A DNA stretch of 64,000 nt. Source: an uncultured Holophagales bacterium (lineage in GTDB: Bacteria; Acidobacteriota; Thermoanaerobaculia; UBA5066). Positions 16,783 through 26,898 of this stretch are shown here, one piece after another. Under the pieces are notes generated by a model. The model made no database searches. It worked only from the letters and a program-made list of their open reading frames with translations, and was not told where the DNA came from. The position numbers and the translations under genes are program-made. Where the stretch lies: the NCBI GenBank assembly GCA_963696015.1, contig CAVOJA010000006.1, positions 523 through 64,522 of the forward strand. Direction: 5' to 3'. Every line of letters begins with the position of its first letter. Positions within the stretch are counted from its first letter, which is position 1.

Positions 16783-18732
16783 ATGCTCAAGACGTTCAGG
16801 GAAAACTTCAAGCACCTCAAGTGGGTCCTGTGGGCGGTCATCGCCGTCTTCGTCATCTTCGTCTTCGCCGACTGGGGGATGGGAGCAGCGGGCGGCGGCG
16901 GCGTCGTCGATTTCGCGGCGAAGGTCGGCTCGTCGAAGATCACCGAGGTGGAGTTCCGGCGGGAGTACGTCCAGGCCGAGGAACGCTATCGGCAGATGTA
17001 CGGGCAGAGCTTCAGCCCCGAGCTCGCACGGGCCATGAACCTCCCCACGCAGGTGCTGAACACCCTCGTCGACCGGCGGCTCCTTCGAGCCGAGACGGAG
17101 CGCCTCGGCCTCTCCGTCTCCGACGCGGAGGTCACGGCCCGGATCCTCAGGATGAGGGACCAGCAGGGCAACCTCCTCTTCGTCAAGGACGGGACCTTCG
17201 TCGGCGAGGTGATCTACCGGCGGATGCTCGCCGGCGCCAACCTCAGCCCCGAGGGGTTCGAGGCCGACACGCGCGAGCAGGCCCTCATGGAGAAGCTGAA
17301 CCGCTTCGTCACGGAATCGTCGTTCGTCGGCGAGGACGAGCTGAAAGCCGACTTCGAAGGCCGGACGGTGAAGGCGAAGATCGCCTACGCCCTCGTGCCG
17401 GCCCCCGCCCTCTCGCCGGAGTCGATCCCGGACGCCGAGGCGGAGGCGCTCTTCAAGCAGAGCCCCGCGGACTACCAGCTCCCCGAGCGGCGCAAGGCGA
17501 AGTACCTCCTCGTCGAGACCGCGCAGCTCCGGGCGGAGGTCGCGAGGAAGGTGACGGACGCCGACGTCGCGGCGGAGTACTCGAAGAACCTCGCTACCTA
17601 CAAGAAGGGCGAGGAGGTGACCGTCCGGCACATCCTCTACAAGGCGGACGGGACGCCCGAGGCCGACGCGGCCGCCCGGGCGAAGGCCGACTCCGCGGTG
17701 AAGCGGCTGAAGGGGGGCGCCGATTTCGCGGCCCTCGCGAAGGCCGAATCGGAGGACCCGGGCTCGAAGGCCTCCGGCGGCGAGCTGGGAGCCGTTTCGC
17801 GCGGGCGAATGGTCCAGGAGTTCGAGGACGCGGCCTTCGGCGCGACGCAGGGCGACATCGTCGGCCCGGTGAAGTCGCCGTTCGGGTTCCACGTGATCCA
17901 GGTGACCGGGCGGAGCGCCGAGCGCGTCCAGCCCCTCTTCGAGGTTTCCTCGTCCATCCGCGGGCGCCTCGAGGAGACGCGGGCGGGGGACGAGGCCCGG
18001 CGCCTCGCGCGCGAGCTGGCCGACCGGGTCGGGAAGCTCGGGAAGAAGCCCTCGGACGACGACCTGAGGAAGCTGACGCGGCCGGGCGTCACGTTCAACG
18101 AGACGGAGTTCCTGGCCCGCGCCGACGCGCCGGCCGGGATCGGACAGAACCCGTCCTTCATGCAGCTTCTCTTCGAGCTTCCGCTCGGCGAGGTCTCCGA
18201 TCCGGTCGCGACGGCGCGCGGTGAGGCGATCCTGAAGCCGATCGAAGTGAAGGCGGCCGGGCCGGCGGCGTTCGCCGACGTGAAGGCGCGCGTGAAGGCC
18301 GACCTCGTCAGGAAGAAGCAGCAGGAGATCGCCCTGGCCGCCGCTCGCGCGGCGATGACGCCGGGCGCGACGCTCGAGGCCATCGCGCAGACGACCGGGG
18401 TGAAGGTCGAGACCCCCGAAGCCTTCCCGAAGGTCGGTCCGGTGCCGGGCCTCGGGACCTCGAAGGCCCTCCTGGACGCCGCGTTCTCGTCGGCCGCCGG
18501 CGAGACGAAGGGGCCCGTCTGGGTTGCCGATCGCGGGGCCGCGGTCCTCCGGGTCCTGGAGGTCACGCCGTTCGACGCCGACGCCTTCGCGAAGCAGAAG
18601 GGCGAGGCCCTCGAACGGCTGCGTCAGCAGAAGTCCGGGCGGCTTTTCCAGTCGCTCGTCCAGCGGTTGCGCGCCGAGGCGCGCATCGAGGTCAACAAGG
18701 AGCTCCTGGCCCGTTTCTCCGGGCAGGCATGA
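16783..18732 (+). CDS. ppiD: PpiD-like periplasmic chaperone / peptidyl-prolyl isomerase (SurA-N plus parvulin domains)
   Basis: The ATG at 16783 gives MLKTFRENFKHLKWVLWAVIAVFVIFVFADWG (N-terminal anchor). The parvulin region includes VRHILYK...FGFHVIQV. The long upstream extension of the ORF (from 15103) is antisense to the FecR-domain gene. Confidence 0.75.
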   Translation: MLKTFRENFKHLKWVLWAVIAVFVIFVFADWGMGAAGGGGVVDFAAKVGSSKITEVEFRREYVQAEERYRQMYGQSFSPELARAMNLPTQVLNTLVDRRLLRAETERLGLSVSDAEVTARILRMRDQQGNLLFVKDGTFVGEVIYRRMLAGANLSPEGFEADTREQALMEKLNRFVTESSFVGEDELKADFEGRTVKAKIAYALVPAPALSPESIPDAEAEALFKQSPADYQLPERRKAKYLLVETAQLRAEVARKVTDADVAAEYSKNLATYKKGEEVTVRHILYKADGTPEADAAARAKADSAVKRLKGGADFAALAKAESEDPGSKASGGELGAVSRGRMVQEFEDAAFGATQGDIVGPVKSPFGFHVIQVTGRSAERVQPLFEVSSSIRGRLEETRAGDEARRLARELADRVGKLGKKPSDDDLRKLTRPGVTFNETEFLARADAPAGIGQNPSFMQLLFELPLGEVSDPVATARGEAILKPIEVKAAGPAAFADVKARVKADLVRKKQQEIALAAARAAMTPGATLEAIAQTTGVKVETPEAFPKVGPVPGLGTSKALLDAAFSSAAGETKGPVWVADRGAAVLRVLEVTPFDADAFAKQKGEALERLRQQKSGRLFQSLVQRLRAEARIEVNKELLARFSGQA

Positions 18733-18739
18733 CCGGAGC

Positions 18740-19345
18740 GTGATCGGGCGCCTCTCGGGAATCGTCCTGGAGAAGCGGCCCGACCGGGCCGTCGTCGACG
18801 CCTCGGGCGTCGGCTACGAGCTCCACGTTCCTCTCGGGACGTTCGCTGCGCTCCCCGCCATCGGGGAGCGCGCGAGGCTCCACGTCCACATGCACGTCCG
18901 CGAGGACGCCATCCTCCTCTTCGGTTTCGCCACGTCCGAGGAGAAGGCCCTGTTCGAGCGGCTCATCACGGTCTCGGGGATCGGCCCGAAGCTCGCCCTC
19001 GTGGTCCTCTCGGGCCTCCCGCTCCCCGAGCTCGTCGGCGCGATCGCCGCGCAGAACGTCGCGCGCCTGTCGACGATTCCCGGCGTCGGCAAGAAACTGG
19101 CGGAGCGGCTCGGGGTGGAGCTGAAGGACAAGGTCTCGGGCCTCCTCTCCTCGTCCACCTCCTCGACGGCCTTCGGGGTCCCGACGGCCCTTGGCGGCTT
19201 CCTCGACGACGCCGTCGGGGCGCTCGTCAACCTGGGCTACCGCAAGCCACAGGCCGAGGCGGCCGTGAAGGCGGCGAGCGACGGAACCGTCCCGGCGGAC
19301 CTCCCGGCGCTCCTCTCGGCGGCGCTGCGCCTGCTGTCGCGGTGA
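18740..19345 (+). CDS. ruvA: Holliday junction branch migration complex subunit RuvA
   Basis: GTG start giving (M)[31 protein letters not shown]. Contains HhH motifs ([27 protein letters not shown]). Followed by ruvB. Confidence 0.9.
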   Translation: MIGRLSGIVLEKRPDRAVVDASGVGYELHVPLGTFAALPAIGERARLHVHMHVREDAILLFGFATSEEKALFERLITVSGIGPKLALVVLSGLPLPELVGAIAAQNVARLSTIPGVGKKLAERLGVELKDKVSGLLSSSTSSTAFGVPTALGGFLDDAVGALVNLGYRKPQAEAAVKAASDGTVPADLPALLSAALRLLSR

Positions 19346-19361
19346 GGCGGAGGACGGGACG

Positions 19362-20390
19362 ATGGACGAACGTCTCCTCGCGGGCGAGCCGGAGCCGGAA
19401 GAGCGGGAGCCTGAAAAGACGCTCCGGCCGAGAGCCCTCGGCGATTTCATCGGCCAGACGAAGCTGAAGGAGACGCTCGGCGTCTTCCTGACGGCCGCAC
19501 GTCGCCGGCGCGAGCCGCTCGACCACGTCCTTCTCTTCGGTCCCCCCGGCCTCGGGAAGACGACGCTCGCCCACATCATCGCGCGAGAGATGGGGGCCCA
19601 GGTCCGGGTGACGGCGGGACCCGTCCTCGAAAAGGCGGGGGACCTCGCCGCGATCCTGACGAACCTCGGGCCGGGAGACGTCCTCTTCATCGACGAGATC
19701 CACCGCATTCCGGCCGCCGTCGAGGAGATCCTCTACCCCGCCCTCGAGGACGGGAAGCTCGACCTCGTCATCGGGACCGGACCCGCCGCGCGGACCGTGG
19801 AGCTGCGCCTGCAACCATTCACGCTCGTCGGCGCGACGACACGCGCGGGGCTTCTCTCGACGCCGCTCACCGCCCGATTCGGCATCACGCACCGCCTCGA
19901 CTACTACGACACGGCCGCGCTGAAGACGATCGTCCTGCGCTCGGCGGAGATCCTCGGCTGTCCGATCGACGAGGAGGGAGCCGGGGAGATCGCGCGGAGG
20001 AGCCGCGGGACACCCCGCATCGCGAACCGTCTCCTGCGGCGCGTGCGCGACTTCGTGGAGGTGGCGGGGGAGAGCCGGATCTCGGCCGCGGGGGCGCGCA
20101 GCTCCCTCGACCGGCTCGAGGTCGACCACTTCGGCCTCGACGAGCTGGACCGACGAATCCTCGGGACGATCGTCGACCGCTTCGGTGGCGGTCCGGTAGG
20201 CCTCTCGGCCCTCGCCCACTCGCTCGGCGAGGACAAGGGCACTCTCGAGGACCTCTACGAACCGTTCCTCCTCCAGTCGGGCTTCCTGACGCGGACCCCG
20301 AAAGGGCGCGTCGCGACGGCACTCGCCTACCGGCACCTCGGCCTCCCTCCCAGGACGGCCGCGGGGCCCCTCTTCGACGGCCCGGCGTGA
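19362..20390 (+). CDS. ruvB: Holliday junction DNA helicase RuvB
   Basis: 342 aa, with Walker A ([11 protein letters not shown]), DEIHR and [16 protein letters not shown] motifs. Confidence 0.95.
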   Translation: MDERLLAGEPEPEEREPEKTLRPRALGDFIGQTKLKETLGVFLTAARRRREPLDHVLLFGPPGLGKTTLAHIIAREMGAQVRVTAGPVLEKAGDLAAILTNLGPGDVLFIDEIHRIPAAVEEILYPALEDGKLDLVIGTGPAARTVELRLQPFTLVGATTRAGLLSTPLTARFGITHRLDYYDTAALKTIVLRSAEILGCPIDEEGAGEIARRSRGTPRIANRLLRRVRDFVEVAGESRISAAGARSSLDRLEVDHFGLDELDRRILGTIVDRFGGGPVGLSALAHSLGEDKGTLEDLYEPFLLQSGFLTRTPKGRVATALAYRHLGLPPRTAAGPLFDGPA

Positions 20391-21298
20391 GGCGCGGCCT
20401 CCTCGTCCACAACCCGGCGGCGGGAGGACGCGACCGGACCGCGCAGATGGCGGCGCTCGCCGAGCGGGCGCGCGGGCGCGGGGTCATCCTCTCGCTCCTG
20501 GCGACCGAGCGGCCGGGTCACGCCGCCGAGCTCGTCTCCGGGCACCTCGCGGAACGACCGGACCTCGTCGCCGTCGCCGGCGGGGACGGGACCATCGCCG
20601 AGGCGGCAAGCGCGCTCGTCGGGTGCGACGTCCCGCTCGCGATCCTCCCCGCGGGGACGACGAACGTCGTCGCCCGGGAGCTCGGCCTCGGAAAGACCCC
20701 CGAGGAGGCGGCGGAGCTCCTGTCTTCCACGGCGACCCGGACGCTGACGACCTGGCCCTCGGCGGGGCGGACGTCGCTCATCTGCACCGGTGTCGGCTTC
20801 GACGCCCGCGTGGTGACGAACGTGAACCCGACGCTCAAGCGTCTTTTCGGACGGGTCGGGTTCTCGCTGACGGCGACGTACGAGTGGGTCCGCTACGAGT
20901 TCCCGCCGATCGAGGTGACGGGACTCGACGCCGACGGCGCTCCCTTCACCCGCCGCGCGACGTTCGTCGTCGCGGCGAACACGAGGAAATACGCCGGCGA
21001 CGCGATCCTCTCGCCGTTCGCCGATCCCGGGGACGACCTCCTCGACCTCGTTCTCTTCACATCCAAGAGACGCATCGACCTTCTCCGGTTCTACCGTCTG
21101 CTCCCCGGCGGCCAGGCGCGGCAGCTGGGCGTGCGGGGCGTCGAACGATTCCCGGTGAGGAGCTTCACGGCCCGATCCCTCGCGGGGTACGAGCTGGAGG
21201 TGCAGGTCGACGGCGACGGCGCCGGGATGACACCCGTCACCGTTGGTCCGGCCGGCGGCAAGGTCCGCTTTCTCGTCCCCCACGGCCCGGACGACTGA
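20387..21298 (+). CDS. Diacylglycerol kinase family lipid kinase (YegS/BmrU-like)
   Basis: GTG start overlapping the ruvB stop (GTGA). Contains the GGDGTI motif and [13 protein letters not shown]. Confidence 0.8.
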   Translation: MRRGLLVHNPAAGGRDRTAQMAALAERARGRGVILSLLATERPGHAAELVSGHLAERPDLVAVAGGDGTIAEAASALVGCDVPLAILPAGTTNVVARELGLGKTPEEAAELLSSTATRTLTTWPSAGRTSLICTGVGFDARVVTNVNPTLKRLFGRVGFSLTATYEWVRYEFPPIEVTGLDADGAPFTRRATFVVAANTRKYAGDAILSPFADPGDDLLDLVLFTSKRRIDLLRFYRLLPGGQARQLGVRGVERFPVRSFTARSLAGYELEVQVDGDGAGMTPVTVGPAGGKVRFLVPHGPDD

Positions 21299-21400
21299 CC
21301 GACGAACCGTCGCGGGGCGCTACAGGGCACCCAGCCGGGTTCAAATGTGATTCCTGTCACAAGGTTGGCCCCGATCAGGCCGCGAGACCAGAATCCGGGC

Positions 21401-24049
21401 ATGAGCCTCTACAGGGTCCTGCGCTGGTCTTCGGTCCTCGTCTGTGCGGCGCTTCTGCCTGCGGGTTCCGCCTCCGCCGGCGTCGAGCCGGTCCTCGTCG
21501 CATCCGGCCTTTTGAACCCGCTACGCGTCACGGCACCCGCGGGAGACTTCCAGAGGCTCTTCGTCGTCGAGCAGGGAGGGCGGATACGAATCGTGAAGGA
21601 CGGTCTCCTCCTCGGCGGGAGCTTTCTCGACCTCTCGGGGCGGATCAGCTCGGGAGGCGAACGGGGGCTCCTCGGTCTCGCGTTTCACCCCCTGTACCGC
21701 AGGAACGGTCGCTTCTTCGTGAACTACACCGACCCCCAGGGGAACACCGTCGTCTCGGAGTTCGCGGTTTCGTCGAATCCCGATTTCGCCACTCCAGGGA
21801 GCGAGAGGGTTCTGTTGCGCCAGACGCAGCCCTTCTCGAACCATAACGGCGGTCACCTCGCGTTCTCCCCGACCGACGGGACCCTGTATCTCGGACTCGG
21901 TGATGGCGGAAGCGGTGGCGACCCGCAGAACCTCGCGCAGAACGACGAAACCTGGCTCGGGAAGATCCTCCGGATCGACGTGGACGACAGGGATCCGGGA
22001 AAGGAGTACGCCGTCCCGGCCGACAACCCGTTCGCGGGGCGGACGAACCCGCGGCCGGAGATCTGGGCGAAGGGGCTCCGCAACCCGTGGCGATTCTCGT
22101 TCGACCGGGCGATCGGCGACCTCTGGATCGGCGACGTCGGACAGGGGGCGTGGGAGGAGATCGACTGGCAGAGCGCCTCGTCTTCGGGAGGCGAGAACTA
22201 CGGATGGCGGCGGATGGAGGGGTTCCACTGCTACGACCCGGCCTCCGGGTGCCAGACGCCGTTCCTGACGCTCCCGATGCTGGAGTACGCGCACACGGCG
22301 AATCCTTCCCGCTGCTCCGTGACGGGGGGCGTCGTCCCGCGCGGAGCGTCGGTCCCCGAGATCGCCGGGCGATATCTCTTCGCCGACTATTGCTCGGGAG
22401 AGGTCTTCAGCGTTCGCCGGCTGGGAGGCGCGGTGACGGACGCCCGAAATCACAGGGCGGAGTGGGTGCCGGCGGGGGGGCGGACGATCGGCAGCGTGTC
22501 CGACCTCGGGGAGGACGCGCGGGGGGACGTTTACGTGACCGACTCGGCCGGGGGAGAGGTCTTTCGGCTGACGACGACGACCCCCTCGGCGACGCGTCTC
22601 GTCCCGATCGTCCTCGACGCGACCGGCAGGGAGGCGTCCCGCTTCACGACCGAGCTCGTGGTCGCGAACCGCGGCGCGAGCACCGCGACGATCCGCGCGA
22701 TCTACACGCCGGCTGCTCTCTTCGGCGGCGGCGGGGGAGGGACGATTTCGGAGCTGATCGGGGCCGGCCAGCAGAAGAGCTGGACGGACGCCCTCGCGTG
22801 GCTCCGGTTCAAGGGACTCCCGATTCCCGACGCCTCACAGGGCTCGCAGGGCGGGACGCTCCGGGTCGAGCTGACGGGCCTCGTCTCCGCCGTGGACGGC
22901 GTCGTCCTCGCGCGGACGACCACCCCGCCCGGGCCGGGGCGCGCGGGGCTCGCCTATCCGGCGCCCCGGGCGCAGGATCTCGTTGCCGAGACGGCCTTCG
23001 TCTACGGCCTCCGGGAGACAGCGGCCGACCGGACGAACCTCGCTCTCCTCTCGGGCGCGACGGCCGGGACGACGACCCTGAAGATCACGCTCGTCTCGGG
23101 CGAACGGAGATTTATCCTTCCCGAGACGGTCCGTCTCGAGCCGGGCGAGTGGGTCCAGCTCGACTCGGTCCTCGCCCGCGCCCGCTTCGAGAGCGGATGG
23201 GCGGTCGTCGAGCGGCTGTCGGGGCCAGGCCCCTTCTGGGCCTACGCCGTCTTCAACGACAACGGCACGAGCGACGGCTCGTATGTCGCGCCGGTACGAC
23301 CGGTGCGTTCCGTCACGGCCCAGGTCGTTCCCGTCGTCGTCGAGACCTCCGCGTTCGAGAGCGAGCTCGTCCTGGCGAACCCCGGGGTCTCCACCGTCAC
23401 GGCGCGCCTCCTCTGGGTCGAGTCGCTCGCCACAGCCTCGCCGCGCCGGTTCGTGGCGGTCGAAGCGCTCGGTCCGGGGGAGCAGAAGATCCTCCCCGGT
23501 TTCGTCGACCGGCTGCGGACGAAGGGCCTTCCGGTCGGGGCCCGCGGCGGCTCCTACGCGGGAGCGCTCTTCGTGACGTTCGAGGACGCCTCTGGACGCG
23601 CGACCCAGGGGTACGCCGGCGCGAGGACGGCCTCGCCGGCGACCGGCGGCGGCGCCTACGGGCTCTTCACCCCGGGCGCGAGCGTGGACGACTGCGCCTT
23701 CCGCGAGGCGTGGCTCTTCGGCCTGCGCCAGGACGACGCCGTGAGGACGAACCTCGCGCTGGTGAACGCGGACATGGACGGGGGCTCGGTCACGCTCCGT
23801 TACGAGGTCTTCGAGGGGGCTGCCGGGAGGAAGGTCGGGACCTCGCGCGACGTCGTCCTCGAACCGGGGGAGTGGGTCCAGATCGACCGGGTCCTGCGCG
23901 AGTACGCGCTTCAGGAGGGCTACGCGAGGGTCTTCCGCGTCTCGGGGAACGAGCGCTTCCTCGCGTACGCCGTCGTCAACGACGGCCCGGCGGCGGGCGG
24001 GACGGGAACGGACGACGGCAGCTTCGTCCCAATGGAGGCGGCGGAATAG
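21401..24049 (+). CDS. Secreted PQQ-dependent sugar (glucose/sorbosone) dehydrogenase-like beta-propeller fused to an unassigned tandem C-terminal cassette
   Basis: Signal peptide (MSLYRVLRWSSVLVCAALLPAGSASA). Propeller motifs: ERGLLGLAFHP, FSNHNGGHLAFSPTDGTLYLGLGDGG, GKILRID, GLRNPWRFSFD, GENYGWRRMEG. From about 22595 onward there are two domains of roughly 240 aa each, also found in the proteins at 34693..37596 and 60412..63294. Confidence 0.75.
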   Translation: MSLYRVLRWSSVLVCAALLPAGSASAGVEPVLVASGLLNPLRVTAPAGDFQRLFVVEQGGRIRIVKDGLLLGGSFLDLSGRISSGGERGLLGLAFHPLYRRNGRFFVNYTDPQGNTVVSEFAVSSNPDFATPGSERVLLRQTQPFSNHNGGHLAFSPTDGTLYLGLGDGGSGGDPQNLAQNDETWLGKILRIDVDDRDPGKEYAVPADNPFAGRTNPRPEIWAKGLRNPWRFSFDRAIGDLWIGDVGQGAWEEIDWQSASSSGGENYGWRRMEGFHCYDPASGCQTPFLTLPMLEYAHTANPSRCSVTGGVVPRGASVPEIAGRYLFADYCSGEVFSVRRLGGAVTDARNHRAEWVPAGGRTIGSVSDLGEDARGDVYVTDSAGGEVFRLTTTTPSATRLVPIVLDATGREASRFTTELVVANRGASTATIRAIYTPAALFGGGGGGTISELIGAGQQKSWTDALAWLRFKGLPIPDASQGSQGGTLRVELTGLVSAVDGVVLARTTTPPGPGRAGLAYPAPRAQDLVAETAFVYGLRETAADRTNLALLSGATAGTTTLKITLVSGERRFILPETVRLEPGEWVQLDSVLARARFESGWAVVERLSGPGPFWAYAVFNDNGTSDGSYVAPVRPVRSVTAQVVPVVVETSAFESELVLANPGVSTVTARLLWVESLATASPRRFVAVEALGPGEQKILPGFVDRLRTKGLPVGARGGSYAGALFVTFEDASGRATQGYAGARTASPATGGGAYGLFTPGASVDDCAFREAWLFGLRQDDAVRTNLALVNADMDGGSVTLRYEVFEGAAGRKVGTSRDVVLEPGEWVQIDRVLREYALQEGYARVFRVSGNERFLAYAVVNDGPAAGGTGTDDGSFVPMEAAE

Positions 24050-24057
24050 GGGGGGCG

Positions 24058-24444
24058 TCAGCCGTCGCCGAGGGAGAACGAGACTTCCACGTCCTGCGAG
24101 GCGAGGAAGAAACAGGAGCGGGAAACGTCGACGAAGTCCTCCTGAAGCCTCAGGAGCCGGGCGGCGAGCTCTTTCGGCCCCGGCTGAACGATGGCCGCGA
24201 AGAACTCCGGGGCGCTCCCGGAGAAGTGGATCTCGGCAAGCCCGTCGAAGGGGGCCGCCGAGCCGGGACGGAGCTGCCATTCGGCGTTCGCGTCGACCAC
24301 GAGGGCGGCGCTGACCTCGACCCGGACCGCGCCGAGCTCCGCGCCGAGGGAGACGATCGCCTCGCCGTACTCCTGCCACTTGCGGCGGAACTCCACGACG
24401 GTCAGCTCGGGGCGGCGGCGGACGCACTGAACCCACTTGAGCAT
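24058..24444 (-). CDS. EthD-domain-like small protein
   Basis: 128 aa. The start (MLKWVQCVRRRPELTVVEFRRKWQEYGEAI) resembles EthD family N-termini. There is no competing gene on the locus. Confidence 0.5.
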   Translation of the reverse strand: MLKWVQCVRRRPELTVVEFRRKWQEYGEAIVSLGAELGAVRVEVSAALVVDANAEWQLRPGSAAPFDGLAEIHFSGSAPEFFAAIVQPGPKELAARLLRLQEDFVDVSRSCFFLASQDVEVSFSLGDG

Positions 24445-24542
24445 GATCAGCCTCCTCGGGCGGACGTGTCTGCACGGAGATCATAGCGACTCCTGCGGTG
24501 ACGGGCCGACCTCGCGAAGCGCCGTGAGCAAGGCCCTCGCGC

Positions 24543-26312
24543 TCAGCTCCTCAGGTTGCGCATGACGAGGGCGAAGCAGGACGCCGCGAGGGCGAGGAGC
24601 CCGAGACCGGCGGCCGTGGCGCCGAGGACGACCTTGCCGATCCCGAAGAGGGCAGCGTAGACGAGGACGGCCGCAAGGCCCCAGTTCGCGAAGGAGAGCG
24701 CCCCGCCGGGGATCCCCTCGCGGCCGAGGCCCATCGCAGCGGAGACCCGGGCCCAGCCCGGGCCGCCGGGGCGGACCCGCTCGTAGAACGAGCGGAGCTT
24801 CTCGTCCGGCTCGGGCTTCGTCAGGAACGTGACGGCGAGCCAGACGATCGTCGAGACGACGACGGTGACGAGCATCGTCCTGGCCTGGATCTCGAAGTCG
24901 GCTCCCGGCCCTGAGGCCACGGCACCCGGGCGCTTGAACCACCGCATCGCGGCGAGCGAGACGACCATCGAAGCGCCCATCGCCGAGATCTCGCTCCAGG
25001 CGTTGATCCGCCACCAGTACCACCGGAGGATGAGGACGAGGCCCGTCCCGCTCCCGAGGGCGAGGAGGAACAGCCACGCATCCGCGATCGTCCCGAGGTT
25101 GAGCGTGACGACGATCGACGCGAGGAAGAGCAGGACGGTCGTGAGGCGCGCGGCGAGGACGTAGTGCTTCTCGGTCGCGTCCTTCTTCAGGAAGCGGCGG
25201 TAGACGTCGTTGACGAGGTAGCTCGCTCCCCAGTTCAGGTGCGTACCGATCGTCGACATGTAGGCCGCGGCGAAGCCGGCGAGGAGGAAACCCCGCCAGC
25301 CCGACGGGAGGAGGTCGACCATCGCCTGGACGTAGGCCGCCTCGACGTCCTTCTTCCCGGCGATCTCGACACCGCCGGGGTAGAGGAGGACCGTGCAGAG
25401 GCCGGTGACGATCCAGGGCCAGGGGCGGAGCGCGTAGTGGCCGACGTTGAAGAAGAGCGTCGCGAGGATCCCGTCCCGCTCGCTCTTCGCCGAGAAGATC
25501 CGCTGCGCCACATACCCGCCGCCGCCCGGCTCCGCCCCCGGGTACCACGCGGCCCACCACTGGACGGCGAGGAAGGTGAAGAGCGCGATTGCCGGCATCC
25601 AGGGCGAGCCGGCGGGCGGGACGACGGAGAGCGCCGCGTCGAGCGAGCCGAAGTGCGCCGTGAGCCCGACCTTCAGGGCGCCCATCCCGCCGACGGCGTC
25701 GACCGCGTAGACCGCCAGGACGATGACCGCCGTCATCATGATGCCGAGCTGGACGAGGTCGGTCCACAGGACGGCCCTCATCCCTGCGGCGGCCGAATAG
25801 GCGACGGTGACGACGAAGCAGATTCCGACCGCCCAGATCGGGGAGATCCCGAGCGCGATGCCGAGGATCTTCACCATCGCGAGCGTGACCCATCCCATGA
25901 CGATCAGGTTGATCGGGAGGGCGAGGTAGATCGCGCGGAAGCCGCGCAGGAAGCTCGCCGGCCGGCCCGAGTAGCGGATCTCGGCGAGCTCGACGTCGGT
26001 CATGACCTTCGCCCGCCGCCAGAGCCGCGCGTAGAGGAACACCGTGAGGGTCCCGCTCAGGACCATGTTCCACCAGAGCCAGTTCCCGGCGACGCCATGG
26101 CTGGCGACGAGACCCGTCACGACGAGCGGCGTATCGGCGGCGAACGTCGTGGCGATCATCGCGGAGCCGGCGAGCCACCACGGGACGGAGCGGCCGGCGA
26201 CGAAGTACTCCTCGAGCGATTCGCCACCCTTCTTCGTGAACCTGAGGCCGATTCCGATCGACAGCGCGAAGTAGGCGAGGACGATTCCCCAGTCGAGAAG
26301 CGTCAGGCTCAT
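24543..26312 (-). CDS. Sodium:solute symporter (SSS) family transporter
   Basis: The ATG at 26312 gives MSLTLLDWGIVLAYFALSIGIGLRFTKKGGESLEEYFVAGRSVPWWLAGSAMIATTFAADTPL, a typical SSS start. About 13 hydrophobic segments follow. Confidence 0.85.
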   Translation of the reverse strand: MSLTLLDWGIVLAYFALSIGIGLRFTKKGGESLEEYFVAGRSVPWWLAGSAMIATTFAADTPLVVTGLVASHGVAGNWLWWNMVLSGTLTVFLYARLWRRAKVMTDVELAEIRYSGRPASFLRGFRAIYLALPINLIVMGWVTLAMVKILGIALGISPIWAVGICFVVTVAYSAAAGMRAVLWTDLVQLGIMMTAVIVLAVYAVDAVGGMGALKVGLTAHFGSLDAALSVVPPAGSPWMPAIALFTFLAVQWWAAWYPGAEPGGGGYVAQRIFSAKSERDGILATLFFNVGHYALRPWPWIVTGLCTVLLYPGGVEIAGKKDVEAAYVQAMVDLLPSGWRGFLLAGFAAAYMSTIGTHLNWGASYLVNDVYRRFLKKDATEKHYVLAARLTTVLLFLASIVVTLNLGTIADAWLFLLALGSGTGLVLILRWYWWRINAWSEISAMGASMVVSLAAMRWFKRPGAVASGPGADFEIQARTMLVTVVVSTIVWLAVTFLTKPEPDEKLRSFYERVRPGGPGWARVSAAMGLGREGIPGGALSFANWGLAAVLVYAALFGIGKVVLGATAAGLGLLALAASCFALVMRNLRS

Positions 26313-26406
26313 GGCGATCGGGGATGTTAGCGGGAACGGGGGGGTTTCCACTTGCCTCCCCGGAGCGGCGGAAGGATCATGCCGACGTGGAGGACCCTGC
26401 GTGTCG

Positions 26407-26880
26407 ATGCGGGAGCTGGCGGTCGAGACCCGGCTCTCGACGATCCTGGCGCGTGGGAAAGTAGAGGCGGGCTTCCGGGCCCTCAGCCCGGAAGACGCCG
26501 TGGACCGCCTCCTTCGGCCGGTCCTCCTTGCTGAGGGGTTTTCACCGGACGCCGCCGATGCGGCTCTCGACGGAATCCGCAACCGGGAGGGGGCCGGTTC
26601 GACCTCGTTCGGAGCGGTGGCCCTGCCCCACGCGCGGGTCGGCGGTCTCGGCAGGATCGTCGGCGCGCTCGGTGCCAACGCCTCGGGCGTCTTCGATTCG
26701 GGTCCGGCCGGGATCCGGATCGTGCTCGCCTTCGCCTCGCCGGCGTCGGCGACCGTCGAGCACCTCCAGTTCCTCGCCCAGGTCGCGCGCCTCCTGCGCC
26801 AGGAAGAGACCGTCGCGGACCTCCTCGACGCGAGGGACCCGGCGGAGCTGCTGGATGCGATCCGCCGGCGAGAGCGCTAG
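26407..26880 (+). CDS. PTS EIIA type-2 (EIIA-Ntr-like) domain protein
   Basis: Contains GSTSFGAVALPHARV, the phosphorylatable-His context of EIIA-2 domains. About 157 aa from the ATG at 26407. No other PTS components are in the window. Confidence 0.7.
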   Translation: MRELAVETRLSTILARGKVEAGFRALSPEDAVDRLLRPVLLAEGFSPDAADAALDGIRNREGAGSTSFGAVALPHARVGGLGRIVGALGANASGVFDSGPAGIRIVLAFASPASATVEHLQFLAQVARLLRQEETVADLLDARDPAELLDAIRRRER

Positions 26881-26898
26881 GGCCCGCGCCGCGGGCCG

